NCBI RefSeq assembly: GCF_001194135.2
Contig: NC_069002.1
Span: forward strand, 10,784,214-10,848,213
Direction of reading: 5' to 3'
Length of the DNA: 64,000 nt
Origin: Octopus bimaculoides
Lineage: Eukaryota
Shown here: one piece after another, positions 63,121 to 64,000 of the stretch
How positions within the stretch are numbered: the stretch's first letter is position 1
How the letters are laid out: each line of letters begins with the position of its first letter
The notes under the pieces: generated by a model
Seen by the model: only the letters and a program-made list of their open reading frames with translations
Told to the model about the DNA's origin: nothing
Database searches by the model: none
Made by a program: the position numbers and the translations under genes

Positions 63121-64000
63121 TGTCTCATGCACACACATTGAAAATACACGTATATACATGAAGACACACACAATGAAAGACAGCGAAAACATTGTAAAAA
63201 GCCCCCCCTCCCCCCAAATAACTGTTGTGGCAGAAGTCAACATCTCTGAGATTGAAACAAGACACTTATTTACGGCCGTAAATAGACTACACCCAACAGC
63301 ACAGAAAGGAAAACCTATTTAGGTTAGGTGAGACGAAGAAGTCGAACCATTTCTCCTGCGAAACAATACTGATGTAAGAAGGTCGAACCTGTAAATGTAA
63401 CTCATTAAATGACTTACACTTCGCATTTTAAAATCTTTCATTGAATACATCACATTGAGCTCACTTTGTAATCATATTACATAAAAAAATCTGCCACAAG
63501 TCATTTTTGAAGAATCTAAAGTGTTCACAGGAAATTGTTTGCAATACTCATCAACTTTGTTGAAATTCAAAAGTTCCATGAATTATAACAACATCGATCA
63601 ATCGTTGCAGAATGGATCTGTTTCATCTAACTTTCTCATTATGATGTTGTATGCTTTGTTTTTTACATGCATCTAATTGTAAGTCTATGCGAACATTCCC
63701 GAATATTTTAAGATCTATCAAAGAATTTATATGTCTTTGAGAACGCTCGTGCTTTAGCATAGCCATATGTAAATTATTTAAATCATCAAAGCCTTTATCA
63801 TTCCGAACATTCTATTCTAAGCAAAAAAAGTAAATAAGGCCAACAGAATAATTTATTAAGTGTAGCACTTCCAGTTAACCATTTTTTCTTTTCATACAAA
63901 TTAATCTGAAATTGTCTCGTGAATTTCTTGTTGTAGCTTCGCAAATTAGGTAAATTCAGTGTTGGTCTCCCACCGTTTATATTTAATTGTTTTCCACCGA

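Noticed and set aside
63267-63284. 18-bp perfect palindrome TATTTACGGCCGTAAATA
   Set aside because: Short and isolated, with no supporting context.

Overview
AT-rich, gap-ridden animal genomic DNA, dominated by (AT)n/(GT)n/(ATT)n/(GAT)n microsatellites. I infer a coleoid cephalopod, most likely an Octopus draft assembly, from the SINE repertoire and microsatellite load. Nearly all listed ORFs are microsatellite or N-gap artefacts. The one well-supported host coding segment is a 341-bp exon (35068-35408, +) of a HEAT-repeat protein that aligns from memory to HEATR4, so much of the window is probably its intron. The rest is a transposon graveyard: at least four tRNA-derived SINE families, fragments of restriction-like-endonuclease (R4/Dong-type) LINEs, RTE-type LINE 3' ends, a probable L1/Tx1 ORF1 fragment, three decayed mariner transposases plus one other Tc1/mariner-type relic, piggyBac-type MITEs and several long fold-back palindromes. 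The most notable observation is two minimal type I hammerhead-ribozyme motifs exactly 300 bp apart on the minus strand (39665-39705 and 39965-40005) within a decayed tandem repeat, resembling Penelope pLTRs or non-LTR retrozymes. A second is a 3' tail shared between a young SINE and an R4/Dong-like LINE. All family assignments come from motif recognition, not database searches, and repeat boundaries are approximate unless TSDs or TIRs are quoted.
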